From the human T2T-CHM13v2.0 reference genome, Homo sapiens, in the NCBI RefSeq assembly GCF_009914755.1, contig NC_060925.1: DNA of 64,000 bases; one strand, 5' to 3'. The notes beneath the pieces were generated by a model. It was not told where the DNA came from. It made no database searches and worked only from the letters and a program-made list of their open reading frames with translations. The position numbers were made by a program, and so were the translations under genes. Shown here one piece after another: positions 31,306 to 45,360 of this stretch. Numbering within the stretch: position 1 is the stretch's first letter; every line of letters starts with the position of its first letter.

Positions 31306-31590
31306 AGCCAAGTGTCGTGGCTGATGCCTGTAATCCCAGCACTTTGGGATGCCCTGGTGGGAATTCAAGACCAGCCTGGGCAACATAGGGAGATGCTGTC
31401 TGTACAAAAAGTTTAAAATATTAGCTGGGTGTGGCGGCGTGAGCCTATAGTCCCAGCTACTGGGGGGGTGGGGGTAAGGGGCTGAGGCAGGAGGATCACT
31501 TGAACCCATGAGTTTGAGGTTGCTGTGAACTCTGCACTTCAGCCTGGGTGACAGAACAAGACCCTGCCTCAAAAAAAAATTTAAAAAGAA
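31306..31590 (+). mobile_element. Alu (J-like, internally deleted)
   Basis: Dimer; TSD gaaaagatgaggaaa. Confidence 0.92.
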
Positions 31591-32039
31591 AAGATGAGGA
31601 AATTGGAGAGTTTTTTCCGACTTTCTTGTAATGACATGTAACATTTGTTGGGTGCCTACGTGTTGGGCACTCTGCTAAGTGCTTTGTATTCATATTTTTA
31701 ATCTTAGAAACTTCAAATGGCATCATTATCCCCATTTTTCACATAAGGGACACATTAGCTCATGTGGCTAATTAGAAGAAGTATTTATTACAGTAGATGA
31801 GAACACACATAGGGGAGTAGAATCAGGGAATAGAATAGAAGCCACTTATGTTTTTTACATTTATATAGTTTGAATATTTAGCATTAAACTTATTGCTTTA
31901 TAATTTTTAACATTCCACAAAAAACCTGTGTTAAAATATGAAATCTAAATAAGCTGTTCTCACTGTGTAAACTAACTCTTCTGAGATATATCTTTCATGT
32001 GAGTTTAAATTTTTGTGGATTTATTATGACAAGACATGG

Positions 32040-32460
32040 TAGGAGACAGTACAACATAGTGGAAATACAGGCTTTGGAGTGAGATGTAGTACCTGGTTTG
32101 GTTTTTTTAATCCCTGCTCTACTATTACCTGCTTTATATGATAGACAAGTTGCTTAACTTTTCTAAGCCTTAGTTTCTTTATTTATAGAATAGTCATTAT
32201 AATAGTAATTTATTCTAAGCATTTGTATTAGTATTCTCACGTATTATCCTCATAACAACCCCAATGAGGTGGGCATTATTATTACCCTCAGTTTAAATAA
32301 GGAAATTGAAGCACCAAGTAATGAGCTGAAGTTCACACAATTATCTTAATTGGTAGAGTCCCTTCAGGTTGACTCTAGGGCCTGCATTATTAATCACTCT
32401 AGCACCTTTTAAGTGTTATGAGGATTGAAGGTCGTTTTAAAAGCATTCAATTAATGTAAT
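32040..32460. mobile_element. MIR fragments in both orientations
   Basis: gacaagttgcttaacttttctaagccttagtttc, then gggcattattattacccctcagtttaaataaggaaattgaagc. Confidence 0.7.
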
Positions 32461-33411
32461 TCAGTCTTATTAATGAAATGTACTGATTTGAGTACACTTT
32501 CACTTTTTTTCCAGTTTTAAGTAAGTCTTTAAAAATAATTTTCCTTCATGAAGAGAAAGTTAATTTACTGAATGGGGGAAAAAAACATAAAAGGTCAAAT
32601 GGTGCATATGTTTAATTCCTTGATTACGAAAAACGTATTAAAATGCATGAAACTATTAGAGGTAAAGATACATATAACTCTACTGGATATTTTCTTGCAT
32701 TGAACTTTTTTTTATTTTTTAAGATCGTGAAGCATTCCCTCCAATGGCTTTTTGTCAGTTAAGACTCCAAAAGAATCTTTTATAACATAGAAGATAGTAT
32801 TGAGAAATCAGTGTCTGGAGCTTCCCCAGCCAAATGTTTCTTTTGAGCCGATTAAACAAAAAAGCCAAGCAAATCTGTACAAATAAATTGATTCTGATTT
32901 TCCAAGCAATACATGTGCACTATAGCTGAGAATACTGTGTATACGATGCAAGCACCAGAATCTTAATGCTCTGACTACTACTTTTTTCCTCTATTTAATC
33001 ATAAAACAAAGTTGAAAAAAATGGTCACAGATAGATTTTTGCCTATAATTTTAGGGTGTTCACAGACCCTGCTCTGTCAATTTAAAAACATACATATAAA
33101 ATCCTTGCTATTGAAAGACAATATATATTAAACGATATGAAAGAAGTATTTGAAAATAAACACAGGTAGACTTTTTTTCTGTCCTGGTATGTGTGTCCAT
33201 GTGTTCTTTTGTCTGTCAGTCAGTCCCCTAGTGCTAACTCATCCTTATCCTCTCCCCTTCATTTAGGTGAAGAATAGGAGCGTGGGATTTACAATCTGAT
33301 TTTTAAATAGATATTAATATTTATAAAATTGTGTAAATTTATAGAATTAGAAATACAGTAGAAATATTATCTAATTTATAGAACTAGAAATCAAAATACA
33401 TCTGCAGATAA

Positions 33412-33715
<304 letters not shown>

Positions 33716-34302
33716 GTAAGTTTTTTAAAACTTACGGATTTGTAACCAGCAATTTATTTCCTAGGTTCTTCTCATGGCTCTGTATAGCTAAAGGGGAAAA
33801 AAAATATAGCCAAATACTTTGAGAGTTTGCTCAACCAAATTTCCCTCTAAATGGAACAAATACATACCATCTTCATTCACAAAGCCTTTGCTGCATGCAT
33901 TCCCTTAGTATACTTTATTGATAAGCCATCTGCCTTACAAGAATTGAGCAGATTGTATGAGGCATTTGTAAAGTTTCTAGCACATAGGTGATGGTAGATT
34001 TTTGTCTAATGCTGGACTTGTTCCAGTATGATATTGTTAGGTATCAGAAACCCAAAGACTGATAAATTGCCTTTTCTAGCCTCAAAAAAATGTATTTGCT
34101 TGGGGGTGGAGGGAAGAGCTATTTAACAACTAATTTCATAAAAGGCCTGTTGCTTGTGCCGATTTGCAAAATTGTGTTAATTGGGAGGACTCCACTGTCT
34201 TTTCCGTTAGTGTGAACAAAAGTGGCTAAAAGGGACTTGATTTATCCAACTGCAAACAGGGTTCCCAGTGGGTAGCGGGATTATGCATACCTGTGTCTGC
34301 TC

Positions 34303-34603
34303 TTTTTTTTCCTTTTGAGATGGAATTTCGCTCTTGTTACCCCAGGCTGGAGTGCAGTGGCACAATCTTGAGTCACCACAACCTCCACCTCCCAGGTTCA
34401 AGCAATTCTTCCTCCTCGAGGAGCCTCCCAAGTAGCTGGGATTACAGGCATGCGCCACCACGCGCGGCTGATTTTGTATTTTTAGTAGAGACGGGGTTTC
34501 TCCGTATTGGTCAGGCTCATCTCGAACCCCCGACCTCAGGTGATCCACCCACCTCGGCCTCCCAAAGTGATGGGATTACAGGCGTGAGCCACCGTGCGTG
34601 GCC
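34303..34603 (-). mobile_element. Alu (Sp/Sq-like)
   Basis: Antisense dimer; TSD ctgtctgctct-like. Confidence 0.95.
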
Positions 34604-34952
34604 TGTCTGCTCTCCTTTATCTAAAAGACCTTCCATCTAAATACAAAGATCTTTTTAGAAGCTTGAGATGGAAAAGAACTAAAGCTTGTTCATTAGGACT
34701 AAGAGGATTAGTATTGTTTTACGGATGTGTATAAAGCCTCATTGTCTAATATTATTTGACATGCTTTCCTGCCAATATCACGCACCAGTTAATTTTTTTT
34801 TTTCAATGTAGTGGTTCCCTACGTGTCCTACCTGTGAATCTTCAGAGTATTATGGGGAACCTGTAAGTTATTTCTTGTGTTTCAAAAGCCTATCAGAAAT
34901 CATGCACTTTTCTATAATGTGACTTTATAGGCCAAATGATAGGTTATTTAAC

Positions 34953-35249
34953 TTTTTTTTTTTTTTTTGAGATAAGGTCTCACTCTGTCACCCAGACTAG
35001 AGTACAGTGTCACGATCTCAGCTCACTGCAGCTTTGACCTCCCAGGCTCAGGTGATCCTCCACTTCAGCCTCCCAAGTAATTGGGACCACAGGTGCACAC
35101 CACTACACCCAGCTAACTTTTTTGTATTTTTTGTAGAGATGGGGTTTCTTTGCGTTGCCAGGCTGGTCTCAAACAACTGGGCTCAAGCAATCCACCCACC
35201 TCTGCCTCCCAAACTGCTGGGATTACAGGGATGAGCCACCATACCCAGT
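34953..35249 (-). mobile_element. Alu (J-like)
   Basis: Antisense dimer. Confidence 0.94.
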
Positions 35250-35412
35250 TGCATTAACTCATAATAAAATTGATAATAATGATCATTTATATATAACTAG
35301 AAGCTTTCCCTTACTTACATCCAAAGATGAGCCAATTGAACCTTCTCTGTGCATACTTCCTTCACTTTGCTTTCCACATGACAAGATTTCTAAGTCTCTC
35401 TCTGAAGTATAA

Positions 35413-35974
<562 letters not shown>

Positions 35975-36479
35975 GTGTTGTTTTTTTATTGAAAGTCTGC
36001 CATACTAGACCTGAAGTTTTATGTTATCAGGGACATTCACTTCCTTTTCCCTACTCTATTTCCAGCAGCTGGGAAAATCCTTGGAACAGATTTACGTACA
36101 TAATATTTGAAGAAATTTGTGAGTTTTTTGACTGCCTCTCAATGATATTGTAGATACAGTGAATAAAACAGGCATGAATCCTGTCTCCAGATTCTATATT
36201 TTCTATAGTCTTGTTTAATTGTGAGCCTAAATAAATCTGAAGTGATTTAAAACTGTCATAGATTGGTTATATTTATTTGCTTTAATATATCTGTCATTCG
36301 TCTTCAGGTATATGTCTTATTCCTATGTAAAACAGACATTAACATAATTATTTAATCTATTAGACCTACAAGAATCTTCAAAATTATGATTCAACTCTTC
36401 ATTTGACTGAAAAACTGACACAGGTTCTTAGAAGTGAAGTGAAATTTTCTCAAATCACATGCTTGATGACAGGGGTGGG

Positions 36480-36786
36480 TTTTTTTTGTTTGTTTTTTGT
36501 GTGTGTTTTTTGTTTTTTGTTTTTTGAGACGGAGTCTTGCTCTGTTGCCCAGGCTGGAGTGCAGGGACGCGATCTCGGTTCACGCCATTCTCCCGCCTCA
36601 GCCTCCCGAGTAGCTGGCACTACAGGCGTCTGCTACCACACCCAGCTAATTTTGTTTTTGTATTTTCAGTAGAGATGGGGTTTCACCATGTTAGCCAGGA
36701 TGGTCTTGATCTCCTGACCTCGTGATCCGCCCGCCTTGGCCTCCCAAAGTGCTGGGATTACAGGCATGAGCCACTGTACCTGGCCA
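36480..36786 (-). mobile_element. AluY-like element with a right-arm deletion
   Basis: gttcacgccattctcc and ttagccaggatggtcttgatctcctgacctcgtgatc diagnostics; the ctcactgcaa...ccgg segment is missing. Confidence 0.93.
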
Positions 36787-37352
36787 ACAGGGCTGGTATT
36801 TTAAGCCAGCCTTCTAACTTTAAATTCAGTAATTTTTTGTTGTTGTTGTTAGCTGCTAAATGATGTGAAAATAAAATATTTTAAAATCCTCTTCAGTTGC
36901 ATAAACTTTTTGCCACTTAGTTTCTCTATAGCAAAGTATCATCTATTTGTTCAGTAAGTTATTGTACATAAATTGGCTTCTGGTGGTTTAAAGGATTTTA
37001 TTACAACTACCTTTTTCTTTGGTTTGAATTTGTAGTTTTAATTATGAAATGTGTCAAACATACAGAAAAATGTAGAGTCATATAAAAGATTTATGTGTAC
37101 CCATCACAGAGAATAAATAAGTGTTAACATTTCAGGAAAAAAAGAAAAAGGCATGAACCCTGACCTTCTGTTATTTGTCCTTTTATCATCAAATATTTTA
37201 GCATGCGTGGCATATAGTAGGCACTCACAATAAATGTTAAACTATTAAGTATCTGTAACTGGCAGTTACATATGTCTGATTCAAAATGAGAAAATTAATT
37301 ACCATTCTTTGTATTCACAGATACTTATTTATGAGTGACGTGCAGTTAGTTA

Positions 37353-38193
37353 TACAATCAGCCTCCATAACCATGTGTTCCACATACTTGGGTTTAACCA
37401 ACCCCCATCAAAAATATTCAAAAAATAAAAAATAATGACATTAAAAATAAAAGGTTTTAGAAATACAGTATAAAAGCTATTTACATAGCATTTACATTGT
37501 ATTCAGTATTAAAGTTGAGTATCCCTAATCCAAACCAAAATCCAAAATGCTCCAAAATCTGAAACTTTCTGAGCACTAACTGGCACAAGGTAAATGCTCA
37601 TTGGAGCATTTCAGATTTTAAATGTTAGGATTAGGGATGCTAAATCAGTGAATATAATGCAGATATTCCAAAATCTTTTTTAAAAATCCAAAATCCAAAA
37701 CACTTATGGTCCCAAGCATTTTAGATAAGGGTTACTCAAGAGTATGAGGGTATGTGCTTACATTATATGCAAATACAGTTGTACCAGTCCTGAGGTGAGT
37801 ATTCATGGGGAATTGATACCAGGACCCCAGAGGATATCAAAATACACAGATGCTCAAATTCTTTATGTAAAATAGGATAGCGTTTGTATATAATCTGTGC
37901 ACATCCTCCCAAATATTTTAAATCATCTCTATACTAATAATAATACAATGTAAATGCTGTGTAAATAGTTGTTAGACAAGAAATAAAAAGTCTGTACATG
38001 TTTAGACCATCAATTTTTTTCCAAATATTTTCAGTCCCAGGTTGGTTGAATCCACATACATGGAACCCATGGATACAGATCAAATGCTTTATTACACAAC
38101 ACCATTTTACATAGGGGATTTGAGCATCCTCTGGTTCTGGTATTTGTGGGAGGGTCCTGGAACCAATCCCCCACAGATACTGAGGGACAGCTA
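37353..38193. mobile_element. Nested TcMar-Tigger MITEs: Tigger3-type host containing Tigger4a/MER46-like (~37511-37740) and MER2-like (~37776-38080) elements
   Basis: Host ends ...ggaaccaatcccccacagatactgagggacagc; inner TIRs gttgagtatccctaatcc / ataagggttactcaa; MER2 core cagatgctcaaattctttatgtaaaat. Confidence 0.8.
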
Positions 38194-39082
38194 TATGCTT
38201 TTCTTTAAAATTCTGAAAAGTCTTGGCTCTAGCTAATGTTAGTTGATTTCTATGAAGGCCATAATTTGTAATTTTGCTGAGGCTCACATTCAGTCAACCC
38301 ATCCATTTTCTGTATAAGCACTAGTGAAAGTCACTTAGCCAGTTGGCTCTACACCCAAATCTCAATAACCTTGTGCTCTAATCTCTCACATATTGCATCT
38401 TGACTGCATTGTGCCAAGAGGTATTCACTAATGTAGATACTCTGTAAGGCTTCAAGTTTGTTTGTTTGTTTTTACCTCCAAAACATCTAAAACTTTTACC
38501 TCTAAAAACATTCAAGGTCAAGTAAATTATTTAGTGAACTGTCTTAAATGCCATTGTCATTAAGGTATATTTGTGCGTGTGTCCAGCACATTCATTGGGA
38601 CTGACTGTGTGACAGACATTGTGCCAGGTTCTGGACTGACCCAGGAAGCTCACAACTTTGAGTGATACATGTCAATAATAAATACATGTATCTTCTGTTA
38701 CTTAGCAGAAAAGAGGAAGCCCTAACAGCTTGCAGAAGTCATAGCAGTGAGGGAAGGAATGCTCTACAGAAGATGACAGATAAGATGAGTGATGTTATTA
38801 ATAACTTGTGTATCGGCACAGAGACATTATGGTTTTTGTCATGTTTGGGGCACTACAAGTCACTGGACTACACACTGGATGCAGTTGAGAGAATAGTTCA
38901 GATGAGGTTGAAAACAAAAGCAAGGATTTTTTTAATAGTCAAAAGCTTCAAAATTATTTTAAGCAAGAATATGTATGTGAAACAAGTTTTTCTTGAGAAA
39001 TTGCAGTATTTTCTTTAGAAATATATACTTGAATATATTTAAGTACTATAAACTGTGTTTCCAAAGTCAGCTATTGTGGAAT

Positions 39083-39375
39083 TGGCTGGGTGCAGTGGCT
39101 CACGCGCCTGTAATCCCAGAACTTTGGGAGGCCAAGGCGGGTGGATCACCAGAGGTCAGGAGTTGGAGACCAGCCTGGCCAACATGGTGAAACCCCATGT
39201 CTACTAAAAATACAAAACTTAGCCTGGCGTCGTGGCAGGCGCCTGTAATCCCAGCTACTCCCGAGGCCTAGGTAGGAGAATGGCTTGAACAGGGGAAGTG
39301 GAGGTTGCAGCGAGCCAAGATGGTGCCACTGCACTCCAGCCTGGGCGACAGGGCGACTCTGTCTCAAAAAAAAAA
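39083..39375 (+). mobile_element. Alu (S-like)
   Basis: Dimer; TSD-like aaagtcagctattgtg / aaagtcatccattgtg. Confidence 0.95.
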
Positions 39376-39779
39376 GTCATCCATTGTGAATGAATGTACA
39401 AAACGCTTATTAATAAGTGTAATATTAAAATATATCTTTTCTGAAAGTTTTAGTGACAAAACAAATTAGTTACAGATTTAATGTTACCAAAATTCATGTA
39501 CATTGAAAATTTCGGGACATTTTATACTGGTGGTGGTGGGGTGGCATCTTAGCTTGGGTTTAAATATCATTAGTAATCGGATAGCTCTGTAGATGATTAT
39601 CAGTATATAAAGACATCGTGAGCAGTATTTAATAAGAAGAGTTGCTGAAGTGACTTTTGCAGGAGGATGAATGCTTTTTTTAAAAAAAAAGTTTATACGT
39701 GCCTCTTCGCTCTTCCAAAAAAAAAAGAGAGAAGAAAAAGAAGAATAAAACGAGAGACGAAGGTGGATAACACCTTTCT

Positions 39780-40460
39780 CTAGACCCCGGTGCCTCTCAT
39801 TTCTCGGGCTGCAGGCGACGGCTGCTGGGCCTGCGCGGGGTGGAGCCGACGCTGACGCGCCCTGCGCCGCAAAGCATTGTGGGAGCTCGGGCCCGCTAGT
39901 GTCGTGGTTGGAGGCGAGGTGGGGCGGCCGTTTGTTTTCTCGTGGTCTCGAGCTCGCGCGCTCTCATCCCCTCCCCCGCGGCGTGCGGCGGGGCGGAGAA
40001 ACGGCGGCGGCGGCGGCGGCATCGGCAGCAGTAGCAGAGGCTGTAGCATCGGACACCCTCCTCTCTCCCGCAATCCGGTTCCTCTTCCCCCTCCTTCTCA
40101 CTGTTTGTTGTGTGTTTGATGTGTTAAAGCAGGAGCGAGAACCCGAGCAGCGCCATGAGCAACACTACCGTCGTCCCCAGCACTGCAGGTCCGGGCCCCA
40201 GCGGCGGGCCCGGTGGCGGAGGTGGTGGTGGCGGCGGAGGCGGCGGCACCGAGGTAATCCAGGTGACTAATGTCTCCCCGAGCGCTAGCTCTGAGCAGAT
40301 GCGGACTCTCTTCGGTTTCCTAGGCAAGATCGACGAACTGCGCCTCTTCCCGCCGGAGTGAGTATCGTCCACCATCACTGTTCCTGCTAACGCCGCCTCA
40401 GCCTGGGCCTAACACACACAATTTCCTTAGGCCCCTGTCGCTGCTTCCCCGGGCCAGGCT
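39780..40460 (+). promoter_or_regulatory. SRSF11: Second CpG island / proximal SRSF11 promoter and 5' UTR
   Basis: Dense CpG; GC box GGGGCGG; TGACG half-CRE; (CGG)6 at 40002-40019; directly upstream of the ATG exon. Confidence 0.88.
40155..40357 (+). CDS. SRSF11: SRSF11 coding exon 1 (MSNTTVVPSTAGPGPSGGP-G12-TEVIQVTNVS...RLFPP): Gly tract and RRM start
   Basis: gccATGa start context; donor GGA|GTGAGT; 203 nt; RNP2-like IQVTNV. Confidence 0.98.
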
Positions 40461-42437
40461 GCTTGAGTGGCTGGTGGCTGGTGGATTTACTTAAGACGGT
40501 TGTGTTCCAGGCCTACAAAAAAATGCAGAGAGGCAGGGCCAGGGCTTTTTGGAATTAGGAAACACTGGCTGTTATTCTCGGGAAATTTTTTTTTTCCGCC
40601 TTAAATTGTGCCAACGTGGTCGTTTGGCTTTGGGGACTTAACGCAAGACTAACCGCAGTCTGTACGTCGTATATAGGTTAAATCCCTTTTTTAAAAAACT
40701 GAGTATTTGTTCTTTGCGTTCTTGGAAGAAAGGTAACAAAATTATTCATGCCTGTGTTAATTTGGTGTTAAACTTTGTAGGTTGTTCACTTATTGTTATT
40801 GCTGTTATGTGGTTCTGGCCCAGCAATATAATTCAAAGATCATATTCTTTTTGACAGACGCTTAGTTTAGTGTGAGCCTGATTACTTAATTTGTATAATG
40901 TCAAAAAACGGGTTATAAACCAGAGATTTTCCTTTGTTTGAATAATATACAGATTTGTGATATTTCACAGTTGTTCTTGAGAAGGATTTTTATAAATGTT
41001 GAAATTTGAATTAGAGTGTATGACTTTTTATCCTTTTTGTCTCACTTTTATTTTGAAAATTATTTCTATCGCAAGAATATTAAGTGGATGAATTGTAAAG
41101 AAAAAATAGTTCAAAGAAGCTAAGAAGTAAGATAAAGTGTACTACTAAAACAGACAATTGGAATAATAATAATAGTCTTGTGCTTTTTGGAAGACTTATT
41201 GGTGGAGAAGTGACAATTCAAATGTCATTATCAGTAAATATCATATATTGAGAATTTTATGATGTCACTTAAATACTAAACAGGAAATTGGAATCCTCTA
41301 AGAATCTACTGTTATGGTACGTGTAACCATTAACTTTCTGCTCAATAAAATAATTGACAAAAGTTTATCATAATGAGATATTTGTTAAGTATTAGCATAT
41401 TTCATCACTTTCCACTTAAAATACTTTCACAAGATTATTGGTGTTTTCAAATTGGTATGTTTCTAATTTTTAGGGAAATGTACATGTGGAGAGAGGATTT
41501 ACTTAGTTTGCATGACGTGGAGTTCTGGGAACAAACACGTAAATCTTTATTCCTGTTATTTTGACAGATACTTGATTTGGTAATGAAAGACAAATAGCTT
41601 TCATAACATGAACATACAAAAATAGATGCTTTGCTGTTGTTCAGTTTTCTCAAGACTTACTGTTTTAAGCTTGTAAAATTAATGAACAGTAAAATAGCAG
41701 AAAATAGTGATACATTGGATGATTTTAATAGTTTTATTAGTGAGATATTTGAGGTATTCGAATTACTACAATTCTTTCCAATCCTACAAGTTAAAAATTT
41801 TGTTATGGTTGCTGACTTTTAAATGCTGTTTATTCTCTGAAGGCAGTTTTATGATGCATTTAGAAAAAAGGTAAGAGAGATGTAGGCATTATACTGGTTC
41901 ATCTTTTACCTAATGCATGACCAGTATACTAGAGGAAGTTGTGATGGACCAGAGTCTTTTTGTTTTGTAATCAAATGAATAGTTCCTTCATAACCAGGAC
42001 AGCTAGTGTGTGCTTGAGAATGTCTCCCTCAACTATATGATCTGGGATATTCTGCATTAAAAGGACTCCCTTCCCAGTATTGGGAGAAAGAGAGATAAAT
42101 TGACACATTTTTACTCTGACTCCTTCATTTATCTTCCCACATACAAGATCATTTTGTCTTTTAAAATGTACAAGGTTACAATAAGTTAAATGTTATTAGT
42201 GGCCTTCTACATTTGATCAGTAATGTAGATGGCTACTTTTATTTACTTGATGTTGCATTTTGTTTTTTTAACTATAAGTTTCAATACACTAATCTGACTG
42301 GCACAAGTTGCATATAGTTCCCAGTGGTCCACAGGGTTCATCATTCCAAAAATATTTATTCATAACATTGAATGGCTCAGATTACATAAAATTCTATCTG
42401 TTGTGAACAGGTCACCTGATTGTAACTATTATCTACA

Positions 42438-42774
42438 CAGTTGGCCTTCTTCATCTCTGGGTTCCACATCCATGGATTCAGCCCACTGTGAATTGAAAAT
42501 ATAAGGAGAGAGCGTCTGTACTGAACATGTACAGACTTTTTTCTTGTCATTCCCTAAACAGTACAGTATAGCAACTATTTACATTGTATTAGGTATTATA
42601 AGTAATCACGAGATTTAAAGTATGCAAGAGGATGTGCACAGGTAATATGCCATGATTTTATTTTTCCTCCACCTCTTCCCCCTCCCTGCATCATGTTATA
42701 TAAGAGACTTGAGCATCTGTGGATTTTGTTATCTGCAGGGAGTCCTGAAACCATGGATACTGAGGGAAAACTAT
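42438..42774. mobile_element. Tigger3a-like MITE
   Basis: cagttggcc...tgtactgaacatgtacagactttt...ggatactgagggaaaact. Confidence 0.85.
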
Positions 42775-44465
42775 ATGATTTCCCCCAAGAAGGCAGTGAC
42801 ATGCACCTGTAACTCTTTTTCCCCTAGACATATCTGTGACATGCTTAACTACTTTTATTTTTCCGATGTCACCTTAATCAGAGAAAACTTCCCAGACCAC
42901 CCTATGTAAAATAAAGCACCTCTGCTGCTGCTTTATTCTCCTTAACACTACTTTTTTTCTATAGCACCTGTCACCAGTTGACAGGTTAAGTTTAACAACT
43001 TCTCTCCTGTAGAATATGAGGTGCTTTAAAATACATGTATGACTGAACCTCACCCACACCTACTGAAGCTCTTCATTTCGGTTCTGAATGCCTATTTTGG
43101 GGAAACATTTCTGGGATTATGACAGACATTTCAATGACAACCTGCTCTAGGAGGTTTCCTGCATTGTCATTGTTAAGTCCATCTATTTATTCCTTCTTTT
43201 AAACCAGAATTTCTGGCCTGTAATTTTACTGAGAAATAGAAATACTATCTTTACAATAGGTGATATTCTAACTGTCTCTACAGCATGATGGCTTTGCAGG
43301 TATTTGAAAGTTGAACCCCACATATACTCTTTGTTAAACTGTTATTTTGATTCTGGTTGTTTCTGAAATGCGTACTGGAAATGCAGCATTGTTTGAATAT
43401 CTATTGTGTGTGAGTTGCTTTCTAAATGTACCTTAATCCTTACAAACCTGGAGGAAAAAAATGTTTTTGACCCTGTTTTACAAGTTCGTGAACTGAAATT
43501 TACATAGGTATTTTTTGTATGCCCAAGCCATACTGCCAATGTCAGAACTAGAACTTGAACCCAAGTTGTGACTCTCCTTTACCACTTGATCAGGAGTTTG
43601 CTGATTTAGCCAAGTAACTTGTAAGATCTTCACATGCTTTCTTTTAGTGGGATTGCCCAGCAAAGTGCTTATCAGGTGATGATCCCAGTGAAGTATGTCA
43701 CAGTTATGCAGTAACTTAAGGCTGCTGTAATACGGAGATACATTGAAGTTCATTAGTAACTTTTCAGTGACCCAAAATGGATACTTTAATGGTTATATAA
43801 GTATAAATTAGTATATTAGGTAAGGGAAAGAGTTTAGTGCACCTTTAAAGAAAAAATGGTTTTAATTGATGCACCATTTTATTGTATATTTCTTTACATA
43901 GTGAGAAGGGGGCACATGAGGTCAGCAGTCAAGTTTTCAGGTTAATGTCGTCTTTGTCACACACCTCCTTTTGTGGGTTGGCGATACTTTTATTTATGAG
44001 CTCGAAATTCTCCACTTAGCACACTATTAAGGTGGAAATTGGAAGGCTGATATCAGTGGCCTAAACCTGAAGTTCTCGTACGTTAGTAGGCATGAATACC
44101 TTGTTAAGAATCTGGGCCTTCATGTAAAAAAGATTCTCTACAGACCCTTAGGTGAACAACGGAAATCTCAGGTTTTCTCTCTGTAGTCTAGAAGATTCTG
44201 AAATAGCCCTCAGAGGACACGTAAGAACTGTTAAAAACTACACCACCGCTCTTAGTTGGAGGACAGAAGTGGCATGCAGGACTCACTTTACCCTATCTTG
44301 TTCCTCATTTCTCCCTACTTTATATTAATTCTAAAGAGATACGGAGTAAAATATGTGTCGTATTTGGAAGCAGTACTTCCACAGAATTTTAGAGCACAAA
44401 AATTAATTTCAGGCATCAGTCCTCTATCTTATATTAACATATTATCTTATTAAGATAAATTTTAT

Positions 44466-44792
<327 letters not shown>

Positions 44793-45278
44793 CTAAAGGA
44801 GGCCATTTGAAGTGGAGAGAGATGAAATTATATTTCTTATTCACAGTATTCAAATTCATATTTAATCTGTACCCTACCATCACTTAACAGGTTTTGATAT
44901 AGCCAAAATAATTGGAGCATTCCTATGCCATTAATGAGTAGGAAAAAAAATATGAGTCACTTTAAGGTTGCCAAGTATAAAGAATACAATTTGAGCACGG
45001 GGGCAGTACTTTTTTTCCTAAAGAACTATTTATTAAAAATATCATATTTGGGAGTCATTTCTTTTAATAAGATAACAATAAAAAGTGTTAAAAGAATTGG
45101 TAGAGGTCAGTTTTAAGAAGTGTTAAGTGCTTGCTATTTCCCAGGGCATTGTGTTGGGTGTTAATAATATAAGATGATAGCATTAAAAGAGCTTTGTAAT
45201 TTATTGATGGAAACATGGATGTCAGCAAAGAAATGTGAAGTGCCATAGCTTACTAAACCTGCTAAAGTACTTGACAGT

Positions 45279-45360
45279 GAGGCACACCTGCAGCCCCATC
45301 TATTGGGGAAGCTGGAGTGGGAGGCTGGGTAACATAGTAAGACCCCTCCCATTTCTTTAA
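45279..45360 (+). mobile_element. Degenerate Alu fragment
   Basis: ggcacacctgcagcccc...gggtaacatagtaagaccc. Confidence 0.6.

Noticed and set aside
31462-31481. G-run cluster (G7-T-G5-TAA-G4), and the C-rich tract at 60865-60907
   Set aside because: Local slippage inside or next to Alus; no evidence of function.
40140-40154. GAG acceptor at 40139 that would fuse the distal 30 codons in frame to SRSF11
   Set aside because: It is the fourth AG after the tract and a weak GAG, so it is unlikely to compete; junction data would be needed.
39780-40378. Antisense poly-Pro ORFs (39780-40073, 40124-40378)
   Set aside because: Mirror of GC-rich CGG/Gly tracts; stops are rare in CpG islands; no independent support.
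43811-43826. TAG|GTAAGG recursive-splice-like motif
   Set aside because: No upstream pyrimidine tract and the intron is short (6.6 kb); likely chance.
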